Translations under genes and position numbers: made by a program | Source of the DNA: Mustelus asterias | Lineage: Eukaryota | Reading direction: 5' to 3' | DNA length: 64,000 bases | NCBI RefSeq assembly: GCF_964213995.1 | Contig: NC_135815.1 | Coordinates: forward strand, 78,802,001 to 78,866,000 | Shown here: positions 40,998 to 54,415 of the stretch, piece by piece | How the letters are laid out: every line of letters begins with the position of its first letter | Numbering within the stretch: position 1 is the stretch's first letter | The notes under the pieces: generated by a model | What the model saw: only the letters and a program-made list of their open reading frames with translations | What the model was told of the DNA's origin: nothing | The model's database searches: none

Positions 40998-41245
40998 GCT
41001 AAAATTGCCCTTGGTGTCCTGGGATGCGTAGGTTAGAGGGATTAGTGGGTAAATATGTAGGGATATGGGGGTAGGGCCTGGGTGGGATTGTGGTCGGTGC
41101 AGACTCGATGGGCCGAATGGCCTCTTTCTGTGCTGTAGGGTTTCTAAGATTTCTAAGCTACCAAATAAACCTGTTAGAGTTTAACCTGGTGTTGAGATTT
41201 CTTACTGTGCTTACCCCAGCCCAACGCCGGCATCTCCACATCATT
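40998..41245 (+). mobile_element. HE1 tail joined to the 3' part of the Penelope-like mini-element
   Basis: 40998-41155 is an HE1 tail; 41156-41245 matches about 19558-19648. Confidence 0.75.
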
Positions 41246-41984
41246 GTACACTGTCCCAGTGTTTTATTTCCCTTAGCCTTACTGGACCCATTCACTAAAT
41301 TCTCCACAGTCTCTGTACTGTGGCCCTTTTTGATTTTTGTCTTTGGTTTCTCTGTCTTCCACTTTTCCCCTTTCTGCCGTTTGTTTCTGTCAGCACTTTA
41401 CTTCCCTCTGACTTCCTGCATCGGTTCCCACCCCCCTGCCACATTAGTTTAAACCCTCCCCAACAGCACTAGCAAACACTCCCCCTAGGACTTTGGGTCC
41501 AGTGCTACCCAGGTGCAGACGGTTAGATTTGTATTGGTCCTACCTTCCCCAGAACCGGCTCCAATGTCCCAGGAATTTTGAATCCCTCCCTCAAGCCACA
41601 TTCATTTTAGCTATCCTGACATTCCTACCCTGACTTGCACGTTTCTCCTGGGATCTTGCCATGCGTGAATTGATTCTGCTTCAACAATGACGAACTTAAA
41701 AATAATGAATTGTAGTGAAATTGTTTAGGCATTTTTGAGAGAGACATAACAAATGCAAATATGACGATAAACGAACGTTCAAATTTGATTATTTAAAGGA
41801 TGCATTTGATTATTTAAATGACTGTGACGATGAATGAAAGCTTCTAATTGGTTTCCTTTATTTAAAGGATGCATTTGATTATTTCCTTTCTGGTGGTTAC
41901 AAAAGACACATATGAACCGTAAAGACAGTATGAACCACGTGGATAAAAAGGTGAGGATTCAAAGTGTGCAAAAAAAAAACCCAA

Positions 41985-42980
41985 ACCGCAGTCTGAGCCA
42001 AACCCGGTCACAATCATCAAGCTTAGTCAGACATCAACTCCGCCTACTTCCTCTTCCCGATCTGAACGCTGCGAATTGTAGGATGCGTGTACGCTTCTGT
42101 TGCGTGCTGGAAGCCATTTTGGAGTTGTTATTATTCAAAAAGAAAACACGGTGATCAATATGGATCCCGGGGAAGGCATCGCACGACAAAGGGCTCGGCG
42201 CGCGTACTGCGCACGTGATCTCCATTCCCAACCGCCACCCGTTCCAATCCTCTCAGCCCGCCCGCGCGCTGCACTCTGCCCAGTGCCCCGGATGTGCCCG
42301 TCTCCTCAACGCGCATGTGCGCACGCGGCAGAGGCGGGGCAAGCTGGGCTTTCAGTTAATGGAGAACGGGCGGAGGGAAGAGTGAGTGTGTTATTATGTC
42401 CCGATACAACCGGTGCGGTGGAGGTGAGGATCCCCCCCCCCCCCCCCCTTAGCACTGAAGGAACCCTCCCCCGCCCGAACCGAAAATAAGACCACCGAAA
42501 ACAGGCCAGCATTTCATCCCTTGCCGCACTTTCCAAATTGGATGCTGCTTGTACAATCCCGAAAGGTTGCGGAAGCTGCCTTCTGCGCGATGGTAGCACG
42601 CCAGCCTCCTTCAGCATGGCGGGGGTCGGAGCTGCGTAATGGCGGCAGCTTGTTCTCTCCCCTTTAACATCGTTTTCATTTTTCCTCGTTGCCCTCTGCG
42701 TGTGTCTGTTTTTTTAAAAGCCGCTTTACCTCGATGGGTTTAACTGTAAAGGCTGTGGGGAAGATGCCTGGGAGCAGCCACTGAAGCCGAAAGCAATCGA
42801 GCGCGCTTTGGCGGGCCGTGTAATGCATCCATGTTGTTAAGAGGGTACACCTCTCCGGTTCGTGATTAAATGATTTGGGAAGGTGGTAACCAAATTGTGA
42901 GCCCGGCACGTCGGTGGTACTTGACCCTGGGTTGGGGGGCAGAGAAGAAAAGGAAGTTCGACAATGCGCCAAGCGATTGA
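41985..42980 (+). promoter_or_regulatory. SRSF7: CpG island and promoter of SRSF7
   Basis: High CpG density around coding exon 1; CTACTTCCTCTTCC pyrimidine tract near 42044; YY1-like GCCATTTTG near 42113 and ATGGCG near 42615 and 42639; NRF1-like GCGCATGTGCGC near 42311. Confidence 0.8.
42396..42423 (+). CDS. SRSF7: SRSF7 coding exon 1 (MSRYNRCGG, phase 1)
   Basis: 28 coding nt then G|GTGAGG donor; joins in frame to ETKVYVGNL; human N-terminus recalled as MSRYGRYGGE. Confidence 0.88.
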
Positions 42981-43654
42981 ACCTTAATGCAACATTTTGA
43001 CCCCTATCCCCCGTGAACGTTTAGCTGTTGTCTCGTCCAGTAAATTAAGATTTAGCATTGTTCTTTGTGGGGATTTAATGATGTCTTATTTAAGCTGATA
43101 ATATGCACCATTGAAGCTGTGCCCCAGGTTTAGAGGATCTCGGATTACAATTCGAAACCATATGTTGAGAAATTAATTTTATATACAGCAATGTAAATAA
43201 TTGGAGCTTGTGCCACTACCATCTTGTATCTTTGCTGTATCCATTGTAACAGTTGAATTTTGCCTTGTGACCCCTATGGTGAGGAGGAAATTTATAAGAG
43301 AAATTGATTGCCTTATGAAATTAAGTTTTATGATATAATACAGATAAGATGTTTCGTTAAAATTAAAGAAGTGTCAGGTTATGTCCTAAACCGTGAATTA
43401 TGTTAATAGCTAATAGAATTAGAAATGCTGGTACGTGGAATTATTTGATCCACACTGTCTGCTGGTTCAAGCTCCACATTCTAATGTAATCTCAACTATT
43501 GCTTTACATAAACTTCTATTTTTATTTTTTGTTAGTATTGCTCCTTCATAAATGTTGTTTTCCTGCTTCATTGCCACTTGTTAGTAAAGAATTCCATTTT
43601 CTATTATCTGAGAAAATTAATTCCAATCATCTTTGTTTTTAGAGCTAAAAAGTG

Positions 43655-44065
43655 TTAGCCTTGACTCAATGGTAGCACACTCATCTGAGTGAGAAGGTTG
43701 TGGGTTCAAGTCCAACTCTAGAGACTTGAGCGTGTAACCCAGCTTATTCTTTGCAGTATTGTGGGGATACTGCACTGTTGGGTGAACTGTCTTTCAGATG
43801 GTACATTAAACTATGGCTCTTTCTGCCCCTTCAGACGAATGTAAAATGCCCCATAGGATTATAATTGAAGAAAAGTAGGGGTTTTCTTCTGTTGCCCTGC
43901 TTTGTACCAGTATCTCAAAAAAATCTGGTTATTTTGTTTAAGTCTGTGGGATTATGTTGTATACACATTGTCTGCCATGCTTCCTACATTACTTCTGAAG
44001 TGCAATCATTGTTGTAAGGTGCTTTGGGACAATTTGAGGTTATGAAAGACACTGTCAATGCTAGT
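43655..44065 (+). mobile_element. DeuSINE-type (SacSINE1-like) SINE
   Basis: tRNA-like head (GGGTTCAAGTCC) and Deu-like core GTCTTTCAGATG...TTAAAC...TGTAAAA...GAAGAA. Confidence 0.6.
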
Positions 44066-45206
44066 TATTTTTCTAATCCTGAATTTGGGACTCCTCATTT
44101 CAGATTCAGTGAAAATATACTTGCATTAATGCATGGAAACGCTTTCCTAATTTTTGCCATTCTTAATAGATTTCTGCTTGATCATCTCTGCAAGAACCTT
44201 TTAACATCTGATAACTCTGTCCTGTCATTTTTAAGCTGTTGACTTCATGACCTACCTTTAAATCTATGGACCCCTTATGTAGGATTCTATTTTATTTCTT
44301 CAGAACTTAGTCTGACCTTTTTTAGGATGAATATCCTTCAATTTTCAAAAACGTGCTGCATATTTGTATTTGACTGCAGTTGTCTCACAATTGCCAATTA
44401 TAATCTATCTGTCTTGTACTGTTTGTTTCACCTTCCTTACGGTTTGCCAGCTAGTTTTGATGATCCCTCTGTTGTGTGTGCAGGTCACATTTATTTATAT
44501 AGAAGCAGGTTGTTCTGGTACATTCCTGGAATAAACCATTAGTTATTCGAAGAAATGTCCATTTAGTGCAGTTGTCCCTCTACAACTCCACAGTTAATTC
44601 TGTGGGCTTTGACTTTAAGTATCTCGTGTGACGTGTCAAATACTTTGCAGTAGTCAAAATATAACATGACTTCTGCATTTACTTTCTTGCTTGGTAAGAT
44701 TGCTGTTTTTCTACATAGCCAAACTGAACAAATGTGTAAAATATAGTTATTAAATAGGAGTAAATATATTGAAATTCTTATTCAGGTGATATATTGTGGT
44801 CAATATGCTGCAAGGCACTATAGTTGTAATGTTAGGAACCACTAATTTGAGAATTTGGTCTATAGTTGACTCGAGAAATAATACTGTTGGTAAGACTTAA
44901 CACCATTGAAAAATTCTGAAAGCACATTAAACAGGCTCTGGCAATTTGTTTTTTTTTTGCAAAAATTGTTGATCAAATATTTTTGATTATGTACACTACT
45001 GAAATTTCTTGACTTTACTAGAAAGCCTATTGGCTTTTCATGTGATGAACCAGGGTGATTTCCACTTACAGAGTAATATAATTTAATTGGACAATTTGAG
45101 TGTACATTTCAGTTGGATTGTCGCTTTTGTAGCAGAGAGGTGTTTACGGTTTACAAAATGGGAGATTTCGAATAATGTTTTCACAGCTATTTATGTTTCT
45201 TGTACA

Positions 45207-46983
45207 CAAAGAACAAAGAAAATTACAGCACAGGAACAGGCCCTTCGGCCCTCCAAGCCTGCACCAACCATGCTGCCTGACTGAACTAAAACCCCCTACC
45301 GTTTCGAGGACCATTTCCCTCTATTCCCATCCTATTCATGTATTTGTCCAGACGCCCTTTAAAACTCACTATCGTATCTGCTTCCACTATCTCCCCCGGC
45401 AGCGCGTTCCAGGCATCCACCACCCTCTGTAAAAATAAACTTGCCTCGTACATCGCCTTTAAACCTTGCCCCTCGCACCTTAAACCTATGCCCCCTAGTA
45501 ATTGACTCTTCCATCCTGGGAAAAAGCTTCTGACTATCCGCTCTGTCCATGCCCCTCATAGTCTTGTAGATTTCTATCAGGTCGCCACTCAACCTCCATC
45601 GTTCCAGTGAGAACAAACTAAATTTCTCCAACCTCTCATAGTTAATGCCCTCCATGCCAGGCAACATCCTGGTAAATATTTTTTCTACCCTCTCTAAAGC
45701 CTCCACCTCCTTCTGGTAGTGTGGTGACCAGAATTGAATACTGTATTCCAAATGCGGCCTAACTAAGGTTCTATAAAGCTGTAACATGACTTGCCAATTT
45801 TTAAATTCAGTGCCCTGGCCGATGAAAGCAAGCATGCCGTATGCCTTCTTGACTACCTTCTCCGCCTGCGTTGCCACTTTGTGACCTGTGTACCTGTACA
45901 CCCAGATCACTCTGCCTATCAATACTCTTAAGGATTCTGCCATTTACTGTATATTTCTTACCTTTATTAGACCTTCCAAAATGCATTACCTCACATTTGT
46001 CCGGATTAAACTCCATCTGCCATCTCTGCCCAAGCCTCCAACCGATCTATATCCTGCTGTATCCTCTGATGGTGGTCTTCGCTATCCGCAAATCCACCAA
46101 CCTTTGTGTCATCTGCAAACTTACTAATCAAACCAGTTACATTTTCTTCCAAATCATTTATTTATATATATTTTATTACGATTAGCAAAGGCCCCAGCAC
46201 TGATTCCTGAGGAACGCCACTTGTCACAGCCCTCCATTCAGAAACACAACCTTCCATTGCTACCCTCTGTCTTCTATGACCGAGCTAGTTCTGTATCCAC
46301 CTTGACAGTTCACCTCTGATCCCATGCGACTTCACTTCTATACCAGTCAGCCATGAGGGACCTTGTCAAAGGCCTTACTGAAGTCCATGTTGACAACATC
46401 TGCTGCCCTGCCCTCATCAATCATCTTCCTCGAAAAACTCGATCAAGTTAGTGAGACATGACCTCCCCTTCACAAAACCATGTTGCCTCTCGCTAATACA
46501 TCCACTTATTTCCAAGTGGGAGTGAATCCTCTCCAATAATTTCCCTACCTCTGATGTAAGGCTCATCGGCCTGTAATTACCTGGATTATTCTTGCTCCCC
46601 TTCTTAAACAAAGGAACAACATTGGCTATTGTCCAATCCTCTGGGACCTCCCCTGTAGCCAGTGAGGATACAAAGATTTCTCTCAAGGCCCCAGCAATTT
46701 CCTCCCTTGTCTCTCTCAGCATTCTGGGGTATATCCCATCAGGCCCTGGGGACTTGGCTAACATGTTTCTCAAGAACCCCAATACCACCACCTTTTTGAT
46801 CTCAACATGACTCAAGCTATCTACATATCCTTTCCCAGACTCATCATCCACCAAGTCCTTCTCTTTGGTGAATACTGACGCAAAGTACTCATTTAATACC
46901 TTGACCATTTCCTTTGGCTCCATGCATAGATTCCCTCCCCTGTCGTTGAGTGGGCCAACCCTCTCCCTGGATACCCTCTTGCT

Positions 46984-47018
<35 letters not shown>

Positions 47019-47905
47019 GCCTTGGGATTTTCCTTAATCCTGCTGGCCAATGATTTTTCATGACCCCTTTTAGCCATCCTTGCTTAAGTTTTTTTCTACT
47101 TTCGTTGTATTCCACACTTGCTTCATGTGTTCCCAGCCTCCTAGCCTTGACAAATGCTTCCTTTTTATCTTTGACAGGCTCTCAATATCTCTCGTTATCC
47201 AAGGTTCCCAAAACTTGTCATACTTATCCTTCATCCTTATAGGAATGTGCCGATCCTGAATCCCTATCAACTTACATTTGAAAGCCTCCCACATGCCAGA
47301 TGTTGATTTGTACTCAAACATCTGCCCCCAATCTACATTCTTCAGTGCCTGCCTAATATTGTTGTAATTAGCCTTCTCCCAGTTTAGCACCTTAACTTGA
47401 GGACTACACTTTTCCTTATCCACCAGTACCTTTAAAGATTACTGAATTGTGTTCACTGTTCCCAAGCTGCTCCCTTACTGAAACGTCGACCGCCTGGCCG
47501 GGCTCATTCCCCAATACCAGGTCCAGTATGGCCCCTTCCTTAGTTGGACTATCTACATACTGTTTCAAGAAGCCCTCCTGGATGCTCCTTACAAGCTCTC
47601 CCATCCACACCTCTAGCACTAAGTGAGTCCCAGTCAATATAGGGGAAATTAAAATCTCCCACCACAACAACCCTGTTACCTTTATACCTTGCCAAAATCT
47701 GCCTATGTATCTGTTCCTCTATCTCCCGCTGGCTGTTGGGTGGCCTATAGTAAACCCCCAACATTGTGACTACACCCTTCTTATTCCTGAGCTCTACCCA
47801 TATTGCATCACTGTATGAGCGCTCTCATTTCTAGTTCAACCTTTGCCATTGGTTAGAAAGGTGTCCTCCCACAGTACAGCTGTGATATTCTCCTTAACCA
47901 GTAGT
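45207..47905 (-). mobile_element. CR1/HER1 LINE, ORF2 pseudogene, in SRSF7 intron 1
   Basis: GVYYRPPN, VGDFNFP, SPGPDG, PGNYRP, QHGFVKGRSC, LEYSIQFWSP; frameshifted. Confidence 0.92.
46988..47013. repeat. (TA)n microsatellite within CR1
   Basis: Direct inspection, about 13 units. Confidence 0.95.
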
Positions 47906-48072
47906 GCAACGATAGAAGATTGAAATTTTTTTTGCAATAAATGTAAATCAAGAAAGTGGTTTGCCAAAGTTAGCATACATGCATATTATTCAAATAACCT
48001 ATTTTTATGATAGTTTCAAATAGTCCCATGTATTGGGGTTAGCTATTCTGGTCTACTCCGATGTTCCAAATT

Positions 48073-48618
48073 AAGACCATAAGACATAGGAGCGGAAGTA
48101 AGGCCATTCGGCCCATCGAGTCCACTCCACCATTCAATCATGGTTGATTTCAACTCCATTTACCCGCTCTCTCCCCATAGCCCTTAATTCCTCGAGAAAT
48201 CAAGAATTTATCAATTTCTGTCTTGAAGACGCTCAACGTCTCGGCCTCCACAGCCCTCTGTGGCAATGAATTCCACAGACCCACCACTCTCTGGCTGAAG
48301 AAATTTCTCCTCATCTCTGTTCTAAAGTGACTCCCTTTTATTCTAAGGCTGTGCCCCCGCGTCCTAGTCTCCCCTGTTAATGGAAACAACTTCCCTACGT
48401 CCATCCTATCTAAGCCGTTCATTACCTTGTAAGTTTCTATCAGATCTCCCCTCAACCTCCTAAACTCCAATGAATATAATCCCACGATCCTCAGACGTTC
48501 ATCGTATGTCAGGCCTACCATTCCTGGGATCATCCGTGTGAATCTCCGCTGGACCCGCTCCAGTGCCAGTATGTCCTTCCTGAGGTGTGGGGCCCAAAAT
48601 TGCTCACAGTACTCCAAA
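48073..48618 (-). mobile_element. Young CR1 3' end (different subfamily)
   Basis: Open 155-aa C-terminus EYCEQFWAPHLRKD...FFSQRVVGLWNSLP; CTTATG-type tail. Confidence 0.9.
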
Positions 48619-49599
48619 TTGAACCCATTCTAACTCTTATCTTGGTATTGCTGTACGGTATGTTTTGTAAATTAGGTGTGATAAACTATTTCTTAAAATC
48701 TATCATGTTTCTGATCTTGGGTGTGTTGCAGTGAAGAAGTAGCCACATTTATTTTGTAGTGAGGGAAAACTTGAGGGATACTCTCTCCAAATGTTATGCA
48801 ACTGTTAAGTTTAAATGGTGTGCATGGGTGTGAATTCTTGAGTCAGGTTGGTTGCAGAGAGCAATGCAATTCCTTCTCAAATTATACTAATGTGGGACCA
48901 GCTTGTCAAAATTTTGGATTATTCTACATCTAGATCTAGAACCTTTGGAGCAGTGTGAATGATCACCTATTCTGACCAACCAATTCAATAATGTGTTTCT
49001 AATTCTCTTCCCTGTCCAACTTGAAATTGAATCCTAGCTTGTTCAGAAAGTACTGTTTTACTTGTTTTTTGTTTCATATTGTGTGGAATATGTTTTCTAT
49101 TTGTAAAATTGTGTTGGAAAGAGGAGGTCTTAAATGCAGAATATCATGGCTTGATGTTAAAGGTGAAAACTTTGCGTGCTCAGAAAACCGAACCGCGTGC
49201 TGTAACAAAGATATTTTAAATCTATCTTACTTCAGAATTCCGATTTTGTCTGCAATTGTTCAAGGAGGCACCAAGCCGAAGATGATTGGAAAGAAGTTTG
49301 AAAGGAAATGTCCATTTACCTGTAGTTGTGGAGTTTTGGGGTATCTGGCTAGAAGTGACCATACTGGTCTTTGGCCAGTTTCCTGCCATTCAGTGGTAAA
49401 TCTGTGGCTGCAGGAGAGCTAGTCCAGGGAACTTAATTGATCAATTCCTGATTTGTGCAATTCTGAAAATTTGCTCATTCTGAAGAGTATTAATTTTTGA
49501 TTTTGAAAGTTCAGCATTTATTCCAGTATGCAACTCAGCTTGGAGTTTATATTAAAGCCATTACTCTTTGAATTGCATCTAAAGGTCTTTGCCTATATC

Positions 49600-49948
49600 C
49601 AACAATTAAGTTCTTGCCTGTGTGAATGAGAACAAAGTCTGCAATGTGGATGAGCAAGCTGACTGGCACTGTGGTATGGGAAGCTGTTAAAATAGGCTTG
49701 AAAAGGCATACATGACTGGTAGAAGGGAAAACGGTTTGGCCGATACTGTTGTCCAAAGCTGCGACCAAGAGTTTGAGGCTGTTTTGTCTGCATGGTGACA
49801 AGGCTAAGAACATCCCTTTTGAGGTTGGAAAGTAATTTGAAGTGGAATGGAGAGGATCCAATTGTTGTGCCCCATGTTGGAACCAATGGCAAGGGTTGAA
49901 CTAGAAATGAGGCTCTGAGGGGCGAGGGTGAAAATTATAATGCAGAAC
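49600..49948 (+). mobile_element. Old CR1 ORF1 (esterase-like) remnant, continuing after nested insertions to about 54250
   Basis: IVVPHVGTNG resembles the CR1 ORF1 VVHVGTND motif; decayed endonuclease-like sequence at 53.6-54.2 kb. Confidence 0.45.
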
Positions 49949-50930
49949 TTTGATTTGATTTACTATTGTCACATTGATTGATAGAATCATAGAATCCTAC
50001 AGTGCCGAAGGCGGCCATTTGGTCCATCGAGTCTGCACCGACCATAATCCCACCCAGGCCCTATTCCCGTAACCCCACATATTTACCCTAGCCAGCCCCC
50101 ACCCCCCCCCGACATTAATGGGCAATTTAGCATCAGCAATCCACCTAACCCGCACATCTTTGGACTGTGGGAGGAAACCCACGTAGACATGGGGAGAATG
50201 TGCAGACTCCGCACAGTCAGTGACCCAAACTGGGAATTGAAGAGGCAGCAGTGCTAACCACTGTGCCACCGTGCTGCCCCATGCACTGAGATATAGTGAA
50301 AGTACTGTTTCTTGCATGCTATAATGGGCAAAACATACCGTTCATAGAGTACATAGAGGAGAAGGAAAGGATAGCGTGCAGAATATGGTGCTGCAGTTCT
50401 AGGTAGGGTGAAGATAAAGATCAGCTTAATATATGACATGAAAAGTCCTGTGACAGGGAAGAAGCTGTCCTTGAGTCATTTGATACACGTTTTCAGACTT
50501 GAGTCTTTTTCCCGATGGTAGAAGGTGGAAGATAGCATATCCGGGGTGCGTGGGGTCCTTGATTATGCTAGCTGCTTTCCTGAGGCAGTGGGAAGTATAG
50601 ACTGAGTCGATGGATGGGAGGCTGGTTTGTGTGATGAGCGGGGCTACATTCACAACCCTTTGTAATTTATTGCTGTTGTAGTCAGCAGGTGCCATACCAA
50701 GCTGTGATACAACCAGGTAGGATGCTTTCTGATGCTTCGGTTAAAAATTGGTAAGAGTCATAGTGGACATGCCGAATTTCCTTGGCCTTCTGAGAAAGTA
50801 GAGGCATTGGTGAGCTTTCTTAACTATGGTGTCGGCATGGAGGGTTGAGGACAGGTTGTTGATTATTCAAACACCTCAAAACTTGAAGCTCTCGACCATC
50901 TCCACTTCGTTGCAGTTGGTGCAGACGGGC
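49949..50930 (-). mobile_element. Rex1-type LINE 3' end with an HE1 SINE inserted in its tail
   Basis: ORF 50426..50695 (IIKDPTHPGY...LLPSGKR); (TTTGA)n tail at 49949. Confidence 0.8.
49978..50280 (-). mobile_element. HE1-type V-SINE
   Basis: Head, core and tail with small deletions. Confidence 0.85.
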
Positions 50931-50999
50931 ATGCAATTAATATTTAATACCTGAGATGTACAAGTTGGCATTGAACAAACAAATGAGCTTTTTACAAAA

Positions 51000-52970
51000 G
51001 TGAAATGCTGCGGATGCTAGAAATCTGAAACAATTGCTGGGATAATCTCAGGTCAGGCAGCATCTGTGGGAACAGTTAACATTTCTGAGTGATCTCACAT
51101 CATAACTGAAGAAAGGTAGAAATGTAAGAGTTTTTAAACCAGTGGGAGGAGGAAGAACGAACAAATGGAATGCTCTATGATAAGATGGAGAGCAGGGACA
51201 ATTAAATAATAAAAAAATTGAATGATGCAGCAGCCAAAGATGGTGGTAATAGATATAATAAAGAAACCAAAGGTTGTGCCATAATGAGCCATGAATGACT
51301 AAATAAAAAATATTTGCATGCAATATGAAGGGATAAAGAAAGAAACAAGGCCATCACAACAAACAAAAAAAGTGGGGGGAAAAATAGAACAAGATGAAGA
51401 TAATCGTTGAATTTGATGTAGAGTCCTGAAAGCTGTAGAGTGATACATTTGAACTTGCATTTAGCAGGCCATGAATTGAAGGGTCAGCATGGAGCAAGAT
51501 GGAGAATAAGATAACAAGCAACCAGAAGCTTGCAGGCTGTTCATCCAGTCTGTGTTTGGTCTCCCCAATGTAGAAGAGACCACATGGTGAACAGAGAATA
51601 CCATGTACTAAATTGAAAAGTACAAGTAAATCACTGTTTTGCTTGGAGGCAGTATTTGGGGCCTTGGATGGTGACAAGATAGGTGAAATGACAGTTGCTG
51701 TCTCTCCTGCATGGAAAGGTGTCATAGGGAAAGGAGCAGATGTTAGGGGTGACTGAAAAGGAGACTAGGGTGTTGTGGAGGGAATGGTCCTTTTGGAAAG
51801 CTGAAGGGGAGGGCAACGGAAGATGTGTTTGCTATCATGTTGTAATTGGCAGAGGAAGATCAATTGAATACAGAAACTGATGAGGTGGAAGGCAAGGACA
51901 AGGGGGACCAAATTGTGGGTCTGGGGAGGAGGATAGGACTGGCAGTCAACGAATGTGAAATGGATCGGCCACTGGAGAGCCGTGTAAACCATATTGGGAA
52001 TTCTTGAGTGAGGAAAAGAAAGACGCATTGGAAGTGCTGGTATGGAAGGATGCATCTTGGAACAGATGTGACGGAGAAATTGGGAGAATAGAATAGAACC
52101 CTTCCAGGAAGCAAGGATCCTTGCCTTCCACCCCACCAGCCTATGTATTCAGCAGATCATCCTCCGCTAGCTCCAGTATGATACCAAACACATTTTCTCC
52201 TCCATGGCACCCAAACTCACCCTTCCTTCCCCTAGGCAGCTTTCCATGCAAGTGAAGGTGATGCAACACCTGTGTTTTCACCTCCTGCCTTGTCACTGCC
52301 TAAGGCCCCAAACACTCCTTGCAAATGAAAGTGATTTACTTGTACTTTCAGTTCAGTACACTATTTGCTGTTCACGATGTGTCTCTATATTGAGGAGACC
52401 AAACACAGACTGGATGACCACAGGATGAACATCTCTTCACTCCGCACGAATGACTCCAAGCTTCTGGATAGTTGTCATTTTGATTCTCTATTCTGCTCTC
52501 ATTCTGATATTTCTGTCCATGGCCTGTTACAATGCAAACTCGAAGAACACCACCATATCTTTTAACTCTGCTCTAAAGCCTCCTGGGCTTGGTATCAAGT
52601 TGAATGTCTACCTTCATCTTGTTTTCTTTTCTTTTTAGTTTTGCTGTGTTGATCTTGTTTCTTTTTTAAACTTTCATGTTGCATTCAGGTAGTTTTTATT
52701 TGGTCATTTGTGGCTCATTTGGACACAACCTTTGGTTTCCTTACTATATCCATTCCCAATCTTTTTTTTAGGCTGGTGCATCATGAAATCTTTTCTTATC
52801 TAATCTCCCTGCCCTCCTTCACACGAGCACAGAGCTTGCCTTTTGTTCTTCCTACTCCCTTAAAAACGTTTACATAATCTCCCTTCACTTCTGATGAGAG
52901 GTCTCTTGACCTGAAACGTTAACTCTGTTTTTGACCTGCTGAGCTTTCCCCAGCAATTTTTGTTCTGATA
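51000..52970. mobile_element. Inverted pair of Penelope-like element 3' halves
   Basis: GIY-YIG remnants ILCSPCGLFYIGETKHRL (minus) and CLYIEETKHRLDDH (plus); pLTRs at both outer ends; strand switch near 52115. Confidence 0.8.
52887..52925 (+). ncRNA. Minimal hammerhead ribozyme motif in a Penelope pLTR
   Basis: CUGAUGA-G-AGGUC(UCUU)GACCU-GAAA-CGU-U-AACU; palindromic ACGU stem III; stem I has one mismatch. Confidence 0.65.
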
Positions 52971-53427
52971 TTAAAAATGCTTAACTGAGAAAATGGTGTG
53001 GGAGGCAGGACATTGGCACCAGTACTAGGGAAAGAGGAAATGTCATTGAGATGAGCTCCACTTGAATTGACCTGGGATCGGTGTTCTAGCAAATCAAATA
53101 ATTAGGCTTGTACAAAGGAGTTTAAACTAATGAAGAAACAGGTGGGAGAATTCAGAAATGGGTAACTGCAGAGCAATAAGAATGTCAAGGATGTAAAGCA
53201 GGGAAGGGACTTCGGTAAAATCAGTGTGTCAGGAAGGGTTCTAGAGCATATCATTAGTTGGATAACATCAAGGAAACATCAAAAGAAGTTCATACTGAAG
53301 ACATTTAGGCAAAGTATTTACAAAATAGTTGAATAAATAGCACTGAGATTAATATTTGGGTTAGTGGACTTTATATTAGTGCAGTTTACTCTCCAATTCA
53401 TTAATTGTAACATGGTTGCAGAGAACC

Positions 53428-53552
53428 AGATTCTGATGAAAGGTCATAAACTGAAACATTAAGTCTGTTTCTCTGTACGTAGATTCTGCCTGAGTATTTC
53501 CGGCATTTTTTGTTTTAATTTCAGATTTGCAGTATTTGCAATATTTTGCTTT
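53428..53552 (+). mobile_element. Penelope pLTR fragment with degenerate hammerhead
   Basis: CTGATGAAAGGTCATAAACTGAAACATT followed by the family tail. Confidence 0.6.
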
Positions 53553-54354
53553 TGAATTTGTAGAAAATTTAGATTTTAACCAATATGGAGACATGGTTGC
53601 AGTGACCAAGTCTTCCAAGATATTTGACCTGAAAAGAATGGATTGCCATGATAAAATTACAGGGTAATGACAATAGATAATTCTTAACTCAGAAAATCAA
53701 GATGTAGAATCAGTTTGGTGGAGCTAAGAAGCAAGGATGGCAATATAATAGCAGGAGTAGTTTATGGACCCTCATTGTGATTGTAGTGCTGGGCAGAGTG
53801 CAAGTCAGGAGGTGCATGTAATATGGATAATGCAGAAATCATGGTAGATTTTAATCTTAATTATAGACTAGGCAAACCAAGTATGGAGGATAGATTCACC
53901 AAGATAGTGTTTGAGATCAGTGTCAAGGAATGAACAAGGGAACAAGCTATTTTTATATTTAATTTTGGGCAATGAGGTGGGGTTAATCTGTAGTAAGGGA
54001 GTCTGAGAAGAGTGATCTTAATGTAATCGAATTTATATTGAATTTGTGTTTTAATTAAATTTGAAACTAGGGTCTTAAATCTGAACAAAGCATAATACGT
54101 AGGTAGGAGGGGTAAGTTGGCTACGGTGGGTTGTGAATCTAGATTGAAAGATAATAGTAGATGTGCACTGACAGATATTTAAAGAATTAATTGGTACTTG
54201 GCATTGATATATTTTTAGGAATGGAAGTTCCACAAAGGAAAAGTGGTTTAACAAGGGCCATCATCTTGAGTCTGAGAAGGTTTCGAGGGGGTCTGCTAAT
54301 ACTAACTAAAATACACTACTGTACAATATCTACACACTGCCACTTCACTATCCA

Positions 54355-54415
54355 GTAAGAGTTTTAACAACAAGTTAAAGTCCAACAGGTTTATTTGGTA
54401 GCAAATGCATCATGA
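54355..54415. mobile_element. Internally deleted copy of the 19419 mini-element
   Basis: Left arm fused to the CATCATGA end; flanked by CTTCACTATCCA / CTTCCCTATCCA. Confidence 0.75.

Larger units (their letters stand above)
38507..41640 (-). mobile_element. Decayed CR1/HER1 LINE with nested Penelope and SINE pieces
   Basis: RGDLIEVYKIM, LEYCVQFWSP, QHGFVKGR, DFSKAF, KENPKGFY, GNSDHN. Confidence 0.9.

Noticed and set aside
42432-42448. Poly-C tracts after first exons (also near 2427-2440) as G-quadruplex regulators
   Set aside because: Homopolymers are common and length-unreliable in assemblies; no further support
42034-42972. ORFs of 65-129 aa over the CpG island
   Set aside because: Expected from GC-rich, stop-poor sequence; no recognisable domains; the real coding part is the 28-nt exon
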